From Octopus sinensis (Eukaryota): a DNA stretch of 64,000 bases. The position numbers and the translations under genes were made by a program. The notes under the pieces were generated by a model, which saw only the letters and a program-made list of their open reading frames with translations, ran no database searches and was not told where the DNA came from. The stretch spans positions 196,478,001-196,542,000 of the forward strand of contig NC_042998.1 in NCBI RefSeq assembly GCF_006345805.1. The letters are read 5' to 3'. Numbering within the stretch: position 1 is the first letter of the stretch; each line of letters begins with the position of its first letter. Shown here piece after piece: positions 38,588-50,972 of this stretch.

Positions 38588-38983
38588 TACTCTTTTACTC
38601 TTTTACTTGTTTCAGTCATTTGACTGCGACCATGCTGGAGCACCGCCTTTAGTCGAGCAAATCGACCCCGGGACTTATTCTTTGTAAGCCCAGTACTTAT
38701 TCTATCGGTCACTTTTGCCAAACCGCTAAGTGACGGGGACGTAAACACACCAGCATCGGTTGTCAAGCAATGCTAGGGAGACAAACACAGACACACAAAC
38801 ACATACACACACATACATATATATATATACATATATACGACAGGCTTCTTTCAGTTTCTGTCTACCAAATCCACTCACAAGGCATTGGTCGGCCCGGGGC
38901 TATAGCAGAAGACACTTGCCCAAGATGCCACGCAGTGGGACTGAACCCGGAACCATGTGGTTGGGAAACAAGCTACTTACCAC
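38588..38983 (-). mobile_element. CORE-type SINE lacking the first ~18 nt
   Basis: Family sequence begins at GTGGTAAGTAGC, about 30 nt into a MAP9 intron. Confidence 0.85.
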
Positions 38984-39014
38984 GAAACTATCAGAGTATT
39001 TAGAGTTTTCATAC

Positions 39015-39369
39015 CTGGATAAAGAATGTTCTGGTAACATCTCTAACCTGTTTGATTGGAATTCTTTTTTCGTCTGTGTAGAATCGGTTGAGCTATTTAA
39101 AACATCTTCAATGTTAGAATCTCTCCAGAGAGAACGTTTCATTTCAGAATTTCTCCCAGAGATGTCATTCGACCGCAAAGGGCTTCTGTACTGGTTTGAT
39201 TTTAATGAGAAATCTGTATCCGATGTTTTGTTAATTATATTTGCATGTTTGTCAAATATAGATCTTGTAGAATCAAACCTCAAAGTATCGTTAAAATTGA
39301 AGGATTTCTGCTTCGACTCAATTCCAGACATTGCCTTGTGCTTGTCCATGCCCACATGAGGTAAATTAT
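39015..39369 (-). CDS. MAP9: MAP9 coding exon 2
   Basis: ttttctttAG acceptor, in frame with ORF 38900..39355; donor tccag|GTATGA gives the phase 2 needed by the next exon. Confidence 0.75.
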
Positions 39370-39756
39370 CTAAAGAAAAACAAGAAAAAAAACAACATAA
39401 GTAAATGGATATTTAACAGAGGCAAAATAATTCTTTCTGCTACAGACCCCAACGTTCAACTGGTACTTATTTTATGAGGATGAAAGGCAAAAGTTAATCC
39501 TGGCAGAAAAAGAGGCAGAATAATAGAAAAACATTTGGCAATAAGCATTAAAAGATGGATGGAAAATTAGGAATGTAAAGAGAAGAAGAATTGCAGAAAA
39601 TAAGGAATAATGGACTGGACTGATTCTTTGAAAAATATGGAAACGGTTATGAAGATATATCTGGAACCATGTAATTTAATCAGTTCTTCTGTTTTAATCC
39701 TTTTATTAATATCTTTCCATTGAAATATATTTCTTTGTTTCAAATTTCAGAAAATA

Positions 39757-41450
39757 CCTGTTGAGGCAAATGAAATCAAAATCGAAATCAAACTCGGTGA
39801 CTGGCATCCGTTGCTAGTAGAGTGCTAAGAGTACCATACGAGAGAGATCGTTGCCAGAGCAACAAGCTGGCCTCCATGCCGATGGCACGTTAAAAACAAC
39901 ATTCGAGCATGATTGTTACCTGCGTCACCTTACTGGCACTTGTGCTGGTGGCACGTGAAAAAACATTCAGGCGAGGTCGTTGCCAGTGCCACTGGACTGG
40001 CTCCTGTGCAGGTGGCACATAAAAAGCACCATTTGAGCGTGGCCATTGCCAGCACCACCTAACTGGCCCTCGTGCCCTCAAAGTGGTTGGCATTAGGAAG
40101 GGCATCCAGCTGTAGAAACTCTGCCAGATCAGATTGGAGCCTGGTGCAGCCATCTAGTTCACCAGACCTCAATCAAATCGTCCAACACATGCTAGCATGG
40201 AAAGCGGACGTTAAACGATGATGATGATGATGATGAACTAAGTCATTATTAAACTGATGTTTGGAATATAAATTCACATGAGTGATGGAGGGTTTTAATG
40301 TTGATCAGCATAAAAGACGTTTGTATCATGAAGGAGGTTCTTCTCAAAAGAGCTAAGAACACTGAGTATGATTTAAGGATTATCGGTCCCTATTTTCACA
40401 GGATTGGATGACTGCATAGAGGTTGCTTTGTTGGCTCAGGTCAACCCTTCTCAAGCACACCTGTCATCATCATCATCATCATTTAACATCTGCTTTCCAT
40501 GCTAGCATGGGTTGGACGATTTTGACTGAGGTCTGGCGAACCAGATGGCTGTACCAGGCTCCAATCTTGATCTGGCAGAGTTTCTAATGTGGAAACAAAG
40601 AGCACATTATGTATATTGTATTACTGTATTGAAATCAGCATCATCATCATCGTTTAACATTCGCTTTCCATGCTAGCATGGGTTGGACAGTTCAACTGCG
40701 GTCTGGGAAGCCAGGAGGCTGGCAACGGCCACGATCGGTTAGTGCTTTTTATGTGCCACCGGCACGGAAGCCAGTCAAGGCGGCACTGGCATCAGCGATG
40801 TTCGGATGGTGCTTTTTACGTGCCACTGTATCACAACTACAATTTCCATTTGATTTTCATTTTGATGTTGATGTACTTGACTCAATAGGTCTCCTCAAGC
40901 ACAGCAGGTCGCCCTACGATCCAAGGTACTTTTGAATGGGCTGGGGCTGGTTATGCAAAACTGGTGTAGGATACAGCCGTGAACTCACTTCATATGCCAG
41001 GTCTTCGCAGTCACAGCATATCTCCAGAGGTCTCGGTCTTTCCTCATTGCCTCTGTGAGGCTCAAAGTTCGAAGGTCATGTTTCACCACCTCATCCCATG
41101 TCTTCCTGGGTCTACCTCTACCCCAGATTCCTTCAACTGTTTGGAAGTGGCACTTCTTCACGCAGCTCTCCTCATCCATCCATAGTACGTGACCATACCA
41201 GCGCAAATGTCTCTCTTGCATGCCACATCTGATGCTTCTTATGTCCAACATTTCTTTCAGGGCGCTTACACTCTATCATGTGTGCACACTGACATTACAC
41301 ATCAAGCGGATCATGCTAGCTTTATTTCTTTCAAGCCTATGCATGTCCTCCACAGTTACAGCCTATGTTTCACTTCTGTGAAAACATAGCAGTTCACACA
41401 CATGCATCATACAAGCTACCTTTCACTCTGAGCAAGAAGCCCTTTGTTAA
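39757..41450. mobile_element. RTE fragments (39757-40234 +, 40465-40585 -, 40640-41450 - with degraded ORF end)
   Basis: ERHLRWYGHV..GRGRPRKTWDEVVKHD in ORF 40985..41251; conserved tail. Confidence 0.8.
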
Positions 41451-41705
41451 ACAAAATCTGTATATTACCTAACAATAAATACAAGGTACATATAAGCACA
41501 GAAAATAAAAGAAGGCTTTCATCATTCAAAGGGTCATTTGTGTATAATGGAATGAAAAATTTGAAATGAAAAATTTCTAAGTAATTTTGATATGATAAAT
41601 AGATATATGTAAAAATCTTTGAAAAATGACCTTAAAGTAACTTAAAGAAAAACATTGTTGTAGTTTATTTTTAATAAAAAATAATTAAATAGAAGCAAGA
41701 GAGTG

Positions 41706-41760
<55 letters not shown>

Positions 41761-42109
41761 ACAGCAAGGATAGAAGGTAAAAGTAATAGAGTGTGTGGGG
41801 AAAGGAAAAGAAATACTAAATGGGAAGGAGGGGAAGAAAACTGATGAGGATGAAAGTGAGAGAGAAAAAGTTATAAAGATAGAGAAAGACTAATAGGATT
41901 AGAGGTAGTAAATAAAGAAGAACTAGAAAGAGACAGTGGCAAAGAAAGGGATACAAATGGAAGCAAGCAGTTGAAAACCACATTTTGATAAAAAAATAAT
42001 TAAAATTTTAATTTTTAGGAATTTTCTTGATAGTATAGACTTTAATAACTGCTTCCTTCTTATAACTTATTAATAAACAGCTTTCTTTATCATAGTATAG
42101 ATGTTTTAC

Positions 42110-42263
42110 CTTCGTCTTTGCTGTAGGAACTGTTATTGGAATCTCTGGGAGAAAATCCCGCACCAAAACCACGACCGCGCCTTTCCTCCATTTTGGCTTC
42201 CAATTCCAGTTGAAACGAATCCTTTTTAGGTTTGTGAGGGGTTTCCTCAATTTCATCCATCAT
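42110..42263 (-). CDS. MAP9: MAP9 (ASAP) first coding exon: MMDEIEETPHKPKKDSFQLELEAKMEERRGRG...SKDE
   Basis: ATG at 42263 directly after an AG acceptor; SFQLELEAKMEER resembles the MAP9 N-terminal FQDEL..R motif; GTAAAA donor, phase 1. Confidence 0.75.
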
Positions 42264-42639
42264 CTTTGGAGAAATTTAAAAGAATTACCAAAAAAAAAAA
42301 GACAATCTTTAGAGAAAAAAACAGAATTATTCTATTCTACATTGTTGTTAACAAGGAAGTTTGGTATTTATGAAAATAAAAACAAAATAAAATAATATAA
42401 ATTTGAAACAAAAATAAACAAAAAGCAAATTTTTCTAAAAAAAAAAGGAAAATATGATACAAAAATATCAATAATGTAATAACAATAAAAACATTTTACT
42501 TCGTTTTTGGATTTGGTTTGCAAGATTCTTTATGTGAGTTTGTGTGTTGAAGCATATTTTGTAGTGTGGGGAGGGTCATTCTCTTTTAGTGCCTTTTTAT
42601 TTAACACACTCACAGGTAAAATTTCCACTCATTTACTTA

Positions 42640-43190
42640 CTCTCTCTTTCTCTTTTACTTGTTTCAGTCATTTGACTGCAGCCATGCTGGAGCACCGCCT
42701 TTCGTCGAGCAACTCGACCCCGGGACTTATTCTTTTGTAAGCCCAGTACTTATTCTATCGGTCTCTTTTTGCCGAACCGCTAAGTGACGGGGACATAAAC
42801 ACACCAGCATCGGTTGTCAAGCAATGCTAGGGGGACAAACACAAACACACACACGCATACATATATATATATATATATTAAGGTATGTAGAAAAATACAA
42901 CATGGACAAGAACGTATAACTCTTAGAAGACGATACATAAACACGGACAGGACATTCGAAACCCTCAGTCTTCAGTCAAGAACCGGATCATCGTAGTAAT
43001 TTCGGCTGATTAATCTTGAGATTACTACGACAGGCTTCTTTCAGTTACCGTCTACCAAATCCACTCACAAGGCTTTGGTCGGCCCGAGGCTATAGCAGAA
43101 GACACTTGCCCAAGGTGCCACACTGTGGGACTGAACCCGGAACCATGTGGTTGGTAAACAAGCTACTTACCACACAGCCACTCCTGCGCC
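42640..43190 (-). mobile_element. CORE-type SINE interrupted by a ~150-bp insert (42880-43027)
   Basis: Both SINE halves colinear around foreign sequence inserted in the (TA)n tract. Confidence 0.8.
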
Positions 43191-43395
43191 TATATATTTT
43201 TTTATTTTTCCTAAAATTTTTGTTGTGTTGGAATGGAAAATTTTAAGAAAAATAGATAAGTAAATGAGTGGAAATAATAAGGCACTAAAAGAGAATGACT
43301 CTCCCCAGACACAAAAAAATAAAAATGTTAATATTGATTCAACATCTTGTAAATGTAAAACAACAATAATGATGTATCTTTATATATATATATAC

Positions 43396-43810
43396 AGGCG
43401 CAGGAGTGGCTGTGTGGTAAGTAGCTTGCTAACCAACCACATGGTTCCGGGTTCAGTCCCACTGCGTGGCATCTTGGGCAACTGTCTTCTGCTATAGCCC
43501 CAGGCCGACCAATGCCTTGTGAGTGGATTTGGTAGACGGAAACTGAAAGAAGCCTGTCGTATATATGTATATATATATATATATGTGTGTGTATGTGTTT
43601 GTGTGTCTGTGTTTGTCCCCCTAGCATTGTTTGACAACCGATGCTGGTGTGTTTACGTCCCCGTCACTTAGCAGTTCAGCAAAAGAGACCGATAGAATAA
43701 GTACTGGGCTTACAAAGAATAAGTACCGGGGTCAATTTGCTCGACTAAAGGCGGTGCTCCAGCATGGCCGCAGTCAAATGACTGAAACAAGTAAAAGAGT
43801 AAAAGAGTAA
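43396..43810 (+). mobile_element. Full-length tRNA-derived CORE-type SINE (octopus OR-like)
   Basis: A box GTGGCTGTGTGGT, B box GGTTCAGTCCC, CORE-like TTGGGCAA.TG.CTTCT, internal (TA)(TG)n, tail (AGTAAAAG)n. Confidence 0.8.
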
Positions 43811-44340
43811 ATATACATAAAGATGAGAATGTGTGTCTGTCTGTGTGTCTGTGTAAATCTCTAAAACTTTAGAACTACACAACCAATTTCATTCTAATTA
43901 TACAGATGCCTTACTTAGGGTCCATGGAGTGTCATGGGCAAAAAAATATTTTAACTTCTTGTCTAGTGCGACCCCACAGCAATATCATATCTTCTCTACT
44001 ATTTCAGTATTACGTGTCAAAAGTGAAACAAAAACATCTCTCTATTGTAATGTCAGATTCTTTCATTTTAATACTTATATAAGAAGGATGACCTTTAAGT
44101 GAACATCCATTATGCTAGAAGAAGATCCGCTATGGTCTTATCACTAACAAAGGAATGGTAAGACCATAGTGGATCTTCTTCTAGCATAATGGATGTTCAC
44201 TTACAGGTCCTCCTTCTTATATGTATGTAATATAATTTTTTCTGAAACTTCAGACTTTTCAGTATGCTACACCACTGGTTTTAAATTGATATTAATCAAA
44301 TTAATATTCAATTTCTCACCCTTATTATTTTAACTTTAAA
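43808..44340 (+). mobile_element. Helitron-like element containing a long palindrome
   Basis: TATACATAAAG..(TGTC)n start; shares GATGACCTTTAA and CCCTTATTATTT segments with 3598-4530. Confidence 0.5.
44077..44222. repeat. Near-perfect palindrome, ~67-bp arms, ~12-nt loop
   Basis: Only four non-Watson-Crick positions seen by eye. Confidence 0.92.
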
Positions 44341-44391
44341 TTACATCATCATCATCATCATTGTTTAACGTCCGTTTTCCGTACTAGCACT

Positions 44392-44950
44392 ACAAGATAG
44401 CAAGGCTTGTCCATTGGACATTTTGCAACAAGTATGAACTTGACAGAGCAAAAAATTGGTACAACCACAAACCCGAAGGCATACTTGAAAATGATAATGT
44501 AAAGATCCTGTGGGATTTTATGATTCAGTGCAACCATGAGATAAAGAATAGGAAGCCAGACATAGTCTTCATTAAAAAAGAAAGCAAACTAAGCTGGATC
44601 ACAGATATAGTATGCTCAGCTGTCAACAAGGTATGCGATAAGGAAGAAAGAAAAGTCGATAGATATGACAGGTTAGCTTGGGAGGTTAAGCAGTTGTGGT
44701 CGATGAAAATGATGGCAGTAGTACCAATAATTGCCAGAGCCCTGGGAACAGTGAGTAAAAATCTTGAGAAGTACATGGAACAAATAGGGGCTGCAATAAG
44801 GGTGGAGCACTTGCAGAAAACAGCACTGCTTGGAAGCGCTTGAATACTCCGGAAGGTGCTCGAAAAATAAGAGGTGTTACCTTAGTTCACTGGTAGTGAA
44901 CAGCTGACACCGTAGTACATCTCCAGCGTTAGAAGCTGTGCAAAGGCAAT
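44392..44950 (+). mobile_element. 3' end of R4/Dong-like non-LTR element (restriction-like endonuclease); another relic at 21180-21370 (-)
   Basis: WYNHKPE..ENDNVKILWDF.IQ..RKPDIV..ID..KVDRY..LAWE..VVPII..ALG..LQKTALLGSA. Confidence 0.82.
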
Positions 44951-44951
44951 A

Positions 44952-45325
44952 ACTCTTTTACTTGTTTCAGTCATTTGACTGCGGCCATGCTGGAGCACCA
45001 CCTTTAATCGAGCAACTCGACCCTGGGACTTATTCTTTTTTTTTGTAAGCCCAGTACTTATTCTATCGGTCTCTTTTGCCGAACCGCTAAGCAACGGGGA
45101 CATAAACACACCAGCATCGGTTGTCAAGCAATGCTAGGGGGACAAACACACACACGCATATATATATATACATATATACGACGGGCTTCTTTCAGTTTCC
45201 GTCTACCAAATCCACTCACAAGGCTTTGGTCGGCCCGGGGCTATAGTAGAAGACACCTGCCCAAGGTGCCACGCAGTGGGACTGAACCCGGAACCCTGTG
45301 GTTGGTAAACAAGCTACTTACATCA
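44952..45325 (-). mobile_element. CORE-type SINE
   Basis: Family similarity. Confidence 0.8.
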
Positions 45326-45424
45326 CAACAACAACAATAATAATGATAATAATAGTAATAATAATAATAATAATCCTTTCTATTATAGGCACAAGGCCTG
45401 AAATTTTGGGGAAGGGGACAAGTC

Positions 45425-45523
45425 AGGTGAAGGTAAAGAATACGTATACCCGGGGTTTAGGGTTTAGGGTTAGGGTTTTTATTACGCCGAAAACTGGTGA
45501 TGTACGTATTCTTTACCTCCGTC
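45425..45523. mobile_element. ~100-bp MITE with internal telomere-like repeats inserted in a Meta-SINE
   Basis: 15-bp inverted repeat GGTAAAGAATACGTA / TACGTATTCTTTACC; TTTAGGG TTTAGGG TTAGGG core; flanks GACAAGTC / GACTAGTC. Confidence 0.6.
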
Positions 45524-45702
45524 GACTAGTCGATTACATTGACACCAGAATTTCACTGGTACTTATTTAATCGACCCCGAAAGGATGAAAGGCAAAGTCG
45601 ACCTGGGCGGAGTTTGATCTCAGAACGATGCGGCAGACGAAATACCGCTAAACATTTCGACCGGTGTGCTAACGATTCTCCCAGCTCGCCACCTTAATAA
45701 TG

Positions 45703-45739
<37 letters not shown>

Positions 45740-45959
45740 TGATGATGATGATGATAATGATAATAATCCTTCTTTCTGCTATAGGCACAAGCCCCGAAAT
45801 TTTATAGAAGGGGCTAGTAGAATATGTCGAACCCCAGGAATCAATTAGCCCCACCCTCACCTCCAAAATATTAATAATAAGTCATATGAAGAAGCAGAAA
45901 GGGAAGATGGATGTAGTAAATGTTTCTATTGTGAATGTTGGGAATAATTTCATGATTGG

Positions 45960-46260
45960 AGACTATGTTTCCAAGGAGATTTCAAACCGAGCAAAGAATA
46001 TAATAACAATACTTACAATTAAGGTAGAATAAGGTAATTACTTATAAACTTTGTGTCCGGAATATAGGAATATGTTCATAGCGTCAAAATGTCGTATATT
46101 TGTCATTTCAATGAGAAATTTAGTCCACATTTAGTCTAAATATGTTTTGCCAACGGAGGATATTAACAACATAACAACTTCACTGAAACTTATTTATTTA
46201 CGCCTGTTGCTAAGTCGATTACCTCCCCTCTCTTTCTTCGCTTCTCACATTTACCTCCCC
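45960..46260 (-). promoter_or_regulatory. Candidate MAP9 promoter / non-coding first exon
   Basis: Unique sequence; minus-strand GTAAGT donor at 46016-46011; X-box-like GTTTCCAAGGAGAT (45967) and GTTGCTAAGTCGAT (46206); the ATG exon needs an upstream donor. Confidence 0.35.
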
Positions 46261-46429
46261 TGATTATTAGCATTATTATCTTTCATTCGATAAAGGTCTG
46301 CGAGTTGACAGAATCGGTAGGATTCCGGACAAAATGCTTAGTGGCATTTCGTCTGCCTTTACATTTTGAGTTCAAATTCCGCTGAGGTCAACTTCGCCTT
46401 TCATCTTTTCGAACTTCGGTAAAATAAGT

Positions 46430-47215
46430 ACCTATTTCTTTATTATCCATAAGGGGCTAAACATTGAGTGGACAAACAAGGACAGACAAACGGATTAAGT
46501 CGATTACATCGACCCCAGTGCGTAACTGGTACTTAATTTATCGACCCCAAAATGATGAAAAGCAAAGTGGACCTCGGCGGAATTTGAACTCAGAACGTAG
46601 CGGCAGACGAAATACCTATTTCTTTACTACCCACAAGGGGCTAAACACAGAGGGGACAAACAAAGACAGACAAACGGATTAAGTCGATTATATCGACCCA
46701 AGTGCGTAACTGGTACTTAGTTTATCGACCCCGAAAGGATGAAAGGCAAAGTCGACCTCGGCGGAATTTGAACTCAGAACGTAGCGGCAGACGAAATACC
46801 TATTTCTCTACTACCCACAAGGGGCTAAACACAGAGGGGACAAACAAGGACAGACAAAGGGATTAAGTCGATTACATCGACCCCAGTGCGTAACTGGTAC
46901 TTAGTTTATCGACCCCGAAAGGATGAAAGGCAAAGTCGACCTCGGCGGAATTTGAACTCAGAACGTAGCGGCAGACGAAATACCTATTTCTCTACTACCC
47001 ACAAGGGGCTAAACACAGAGGGGACAAACAAGGACAGACAAAGGGATTAAGTCGATTACATCGACCCCAGTGCGTAACTGGTACTTAGTTTATCGACCCC
47101 GAAAGGATGAAAGGCAAAGTCGACCTCGGTGGAATTTGAACTCAGAACGTAGCGGCAGACGAAATACCCCTAAGCAGTTCGCCCGGCGTGCTAACGTTTC
47201 TGCCAGCTCGGCGCT
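46430..47215 (-). mobile_element. Meta-domain SINE amplified into ~4 tandem ~183-bp units, nested in another Meta-SINE (46295-47280 +)
   Basis: Repeated CTATTTCT.TACTACCCACAAGGGGCTAAAC...GACCCCGAAAGGATGAAAGGC (Meta domain, reversed). Confidence 0.8.
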
Positions 47216-47934
47216 TTTCGGTAAAAAAATGTACCAGTTGATAACTGGGGTCAATGTAATCGTCTTGCCCGCTGCCCTCTAATTTTAGGAAAGGATTACT
47301 TTTCATACAAAAAGTAACTTTGGAAGTAGACTCTTACCACAATGGGTAGACTAATTATTCCGCAAGTTTGGGAGAGGAAGTGTCCTGGTTTTCGGAATTG
47401 TCCAGTTTTCTGGAGACAGCCAGAATATGTACTTAAGCTATGAAACGTAAAGAACTAAATTATATTTAACTGGTTCAAATTAATATCTGAAGCAGGCTCC
47501 GTTTGATATTATTAATCTACATACAATTCTGAAAGTATATCATACTGTACTATGTTTACAGTATAATGTTTATCGGTTGAAAATTGAACGAAGAAAATTA
47601 AAGAATGTGATTATATTCAATATTTTTGGTGGGGGAAATACACTTCTAAAGCAGAATATGTCTAATCTTTATAAATCCACGTTAAAAAGTAAAGAACAAT
47701 CTGTTTTTAACAGAGTATGAAAATTAACCAACATCAGAAACAGCGTTTGTTTACTCAATACAGGATACAGAATACTTTTGCTATAATGAATTGATCATGT
47801 ATGGTGCTCAGGGACACGACGTTCTCAGATTTCTGGAAGCCGTATACAATAATTGGGTACTTTTTGGTTATCTCACCCCCATTAAGAAATTACCATTAAA
47901 AAATTGGGTTATCTCCCCACTAAAAAAATCAATT

Positions 47935-50542
47935 GGTTGGTGCTTTTTACGTGCTACCAGCACGGAAGCCAGTCAAGGAGGCCCTGGCATTGGCCACGTT
48001 CGGATTGTGCATTTTACATGCCACTGACATAGGTATCACAACTACAATTTCCATTTGATATTTATTTTGATGTCGATGTACTTGACTCAATTGGTCTCCT
48101 CAAGCACAGCAGGTCACCCTACGATCCAAGGTAAGCACAGCAGGTCGTTCTGCAATCCAAGGTACTTTGGATGGGCTGGGGCTGCTATGCGAAACTGGTG
48201 CAGGAAGCAGCCATGAACTCACATTATTTGTCGGGTCTTTGCAGTCACAGCATATCTCCAGAGATCTCGGTCTTTCGTCATTGCCTCTGTGAGGCAAATT
48301 GAATCAAAAGGATTTAACTCTTTCGATCCAATCTGTTGTCGCAACATTAACTCAATTTTTTAGAGGGATGGTAACCCAATTTTTTTAATGGGGGTGAGAT
48401 AAGCAAAAGGTACCAAACAAACAAACAAAAACATGAATTCTTACAACTTCAATAATTAAAAACAATACGGAACACTGAAGATAGAATTAGGTCAAGAGCT
48501 CTATCCGTCATTTTGTTAAATATCCGGACGTTATCGCTTTCAATAGTTTGAAGAGATGCTTGAAACGGAAGGGTTTTTGCCTAACGTACAGTTTAGGAGT
48601 TTGCAAAAGTGAAAGTAAGTTGATCGGAAGCGACAATTATGAAAATCCGATAGTTTTATGAAAACAATTTATAGTGAATGGACAGGAACAACACTATCAC
48701 TTACATACATGTATGTATGTATATTTGTCGAACGCTTTACTGAAGTCAAGATATATGACATCAGAGTATGAACCTGTTCCCAAGGTTTTAAGTATATCTT
48801 CAATGTGGTGTAAGAGCTGTGTTAGAGAGTCCCTGCCACAGCGAAAGCCATGCTGATTTGCATTTAGGAGTTTGTTGGTTTCCAGGAAGTCAGCTATCCT
48901 TGATCTTACCACTCTTTCAAACACTTTAATGATGTGAGAGGTGAGTGAGATTGGGTGATAGTTGACTGCAAGGGATCTGCTTCCCTGTTTGAAAATCGGG
49001 ATGACAGACTGGGAGAGGAGCTGTTTTGGTATATAACCTGAGTCAAACAAATATATATTTATATATATATATATATATACATTACATACATGCATGCAAT
49101 AAGAATATGAAAAATATTCTTATTACCTGCTTTGGCTCAGTTTCATGAATATGATGAATCCTTATTAGAAATCACCTTTTCCATCTTTTTGGATCCTCCC
49201 AAAAGTTGGAATTGCTCTTTTTGAACCTACTTTTTCTCAAATATACATTCATGCATATATATACACAATCATATAGGATTTACGAGGATTTACGGTACTT
49301 AAGCTACCACTAGAACATCCTATACAAGATGTCCGTAAATAAGGTATAACAAAGGGAAACTGTTTATAAAGCTAAGCGTTTCATTCGTTTAATGAGTTGT
49401 CACTATCGTCACTTCCAGTTAATGTATTTTCATTTTGCTTAATATCAAAACTGCAGGTTAATTAGGTCACAGAGCGTATTGGCCGATGGTCAGACAGGAC
49501 ATAATGTCCAGATAGATACGATGGTCATTCAAATGAAGGCTAAAAACTTCTGTGTCAATTTTCAGAAAATAAAATTTGCTGACATGGCCGATGACAGCAC
49601 CACTTGACTGGCACCTGTACCAGTGGAACGTTAAAAACACCATCCGAGCATGATCGTTGCCAAGGCCGTTGACTGGTTCCTATGCCGATGGCACATAAAA
49701 TGCACCATTCAAGTGTGATCGTTGCCAGGGCCAATGACTGGCTCCCATGCCGGTGGCACATAAAAAGCATCATTCAAGCCTGAACGTTACTAGCGTTGCC
49801 TTACTGGCACTTGTGCCGGTGGCATGTGAAAAACAACATTCGAGCGAGGTCGTTGCTAGTGCTGCTGAACTGGCTCCTGTGCAGGTGGCACATAAAAAAT
49901 ACCATTTGAGCATGGTCGTTGCCAGTACCGCCTGACTGGCCCTCATGCCGGTCACCTGTAAAAGCACCCACTACACTTTCGGAGTGGTTGGCATTAGGAA
50001 AGGCATCCAGCTGTAGAAACTCCGCCAGATCAGATTGCAGCTTGTTGCAGCCATCTGGCTCGCCAGTACTCAGTCAAATCGTCCAACCCATGCCAGTATG
50101 GAAAACAGACGTTAAACGATGATGATGATGGTGGTGGTGGTGGTGGTGGTGGAGGTGGTGGTGGTACTTTTTCTGTTACAAAACCTTTCCTTGTTGGCAA
50201 AAGCTTGTATGAAAGGTTTAAGAGGTACTTTACTTTGCACAACACTAAATTGACGTGTGAAACTCTCAGTGCTTATACAGAGGATGGTGTTATCTAAAAG
50301 CAGTGAGCAAAATTACTGACAAAAGTAGCCCGTACATCAGAACTGGTACACAAGGTTGATCACAGTGGATTCTTCTGGAAGTATATGATTGTTAGATAAA
50401 TCAGAGGCCAACTTTATAGCTTCTAACGAATGCCCGACACTTTTAAGAGGAAATGCCGCTGTAGTGATATAAAATGAAAGCCCTTACTTGTGCATTACTC
50501 TCCAAATCTAAAGGTTTTCAAGGACTAGCCAATTTATCTGTG

Positions 50543-50576
<34 letters not shown>

Positions 50577-50972
50577 GTTTAACGTCTGTTCTCCATGCTA
50601 GCATGGGTTGGACGGTTCGACTGGGGATTTGGGAAGCCAGAAGGCTGCACCAGGCCCAGTCTGATCTGGCAGTGTTTCTACAGCTGGATGCCCTTCCTAA
50701 CGCCAACCACTCCGTGAGTGTAGTGGGTGCTTTTTACGTGCCACCTGCACGGTTGGATTGGTGCTTTTTATGTGCCACCGGCACAGAAGCCAGTCGAGGC
50801 GGCGCTGGCATCAGCCACGATTCGGATAGTACTTTTTACGTACCACCAGTCCAGGGGTCCTGGCATCTGCCGGGTGCCAGTCATAGGATTGGTTCGGTTT
50901 CGATTCCGATTTCGTGCCTGTCGTCGGATGAGGTTCGATATCGACTTCGCTTGCTTCAACAGGTCTTTGTGT
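47935..50972. mobile_element. RTE fragments (47935-48295 -, 49575-50130 +, 50545-50972 -); others at 9205-9385, 26060-26357, 28118-28340, 31005-31341, 63630-63845
   Basis: Similarity to the 3' UTR of the 33170 LINE. Confidence 0.75.
48718..49050 (-). pseudogene. CR1/L2-group LINE RT fragment
   Basis: PIFKQG..NYHPISLTS..KVFER..QHGFR..VIYLDFSKAFDK. Confidence 0.85.

Noticed and set aside
38900-39014. SINE-derived sequence as a constitutive part of MAP9 exon 2
   Set aside because: The donor at 38980 is phase 0 and creates a stop in exon 3; only 39014 keeps the frame. It is retained only as a possible minor isoform.
42008-42256. Listed ORF MKLRKPLTN... as the MAP9 start
   Set aside because: Wrong frame. 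The frame starting at 42263 gives the MAP9-like motif and the phase needed by the next exon.
42880-43027. Fifth hammerhead family in the insert within a SINE (minus-strand CTGAAGA and CAGCCGAAA)
   Set aside because: The motifs are in the wrong order or truncated, and I could not build stems I-III.
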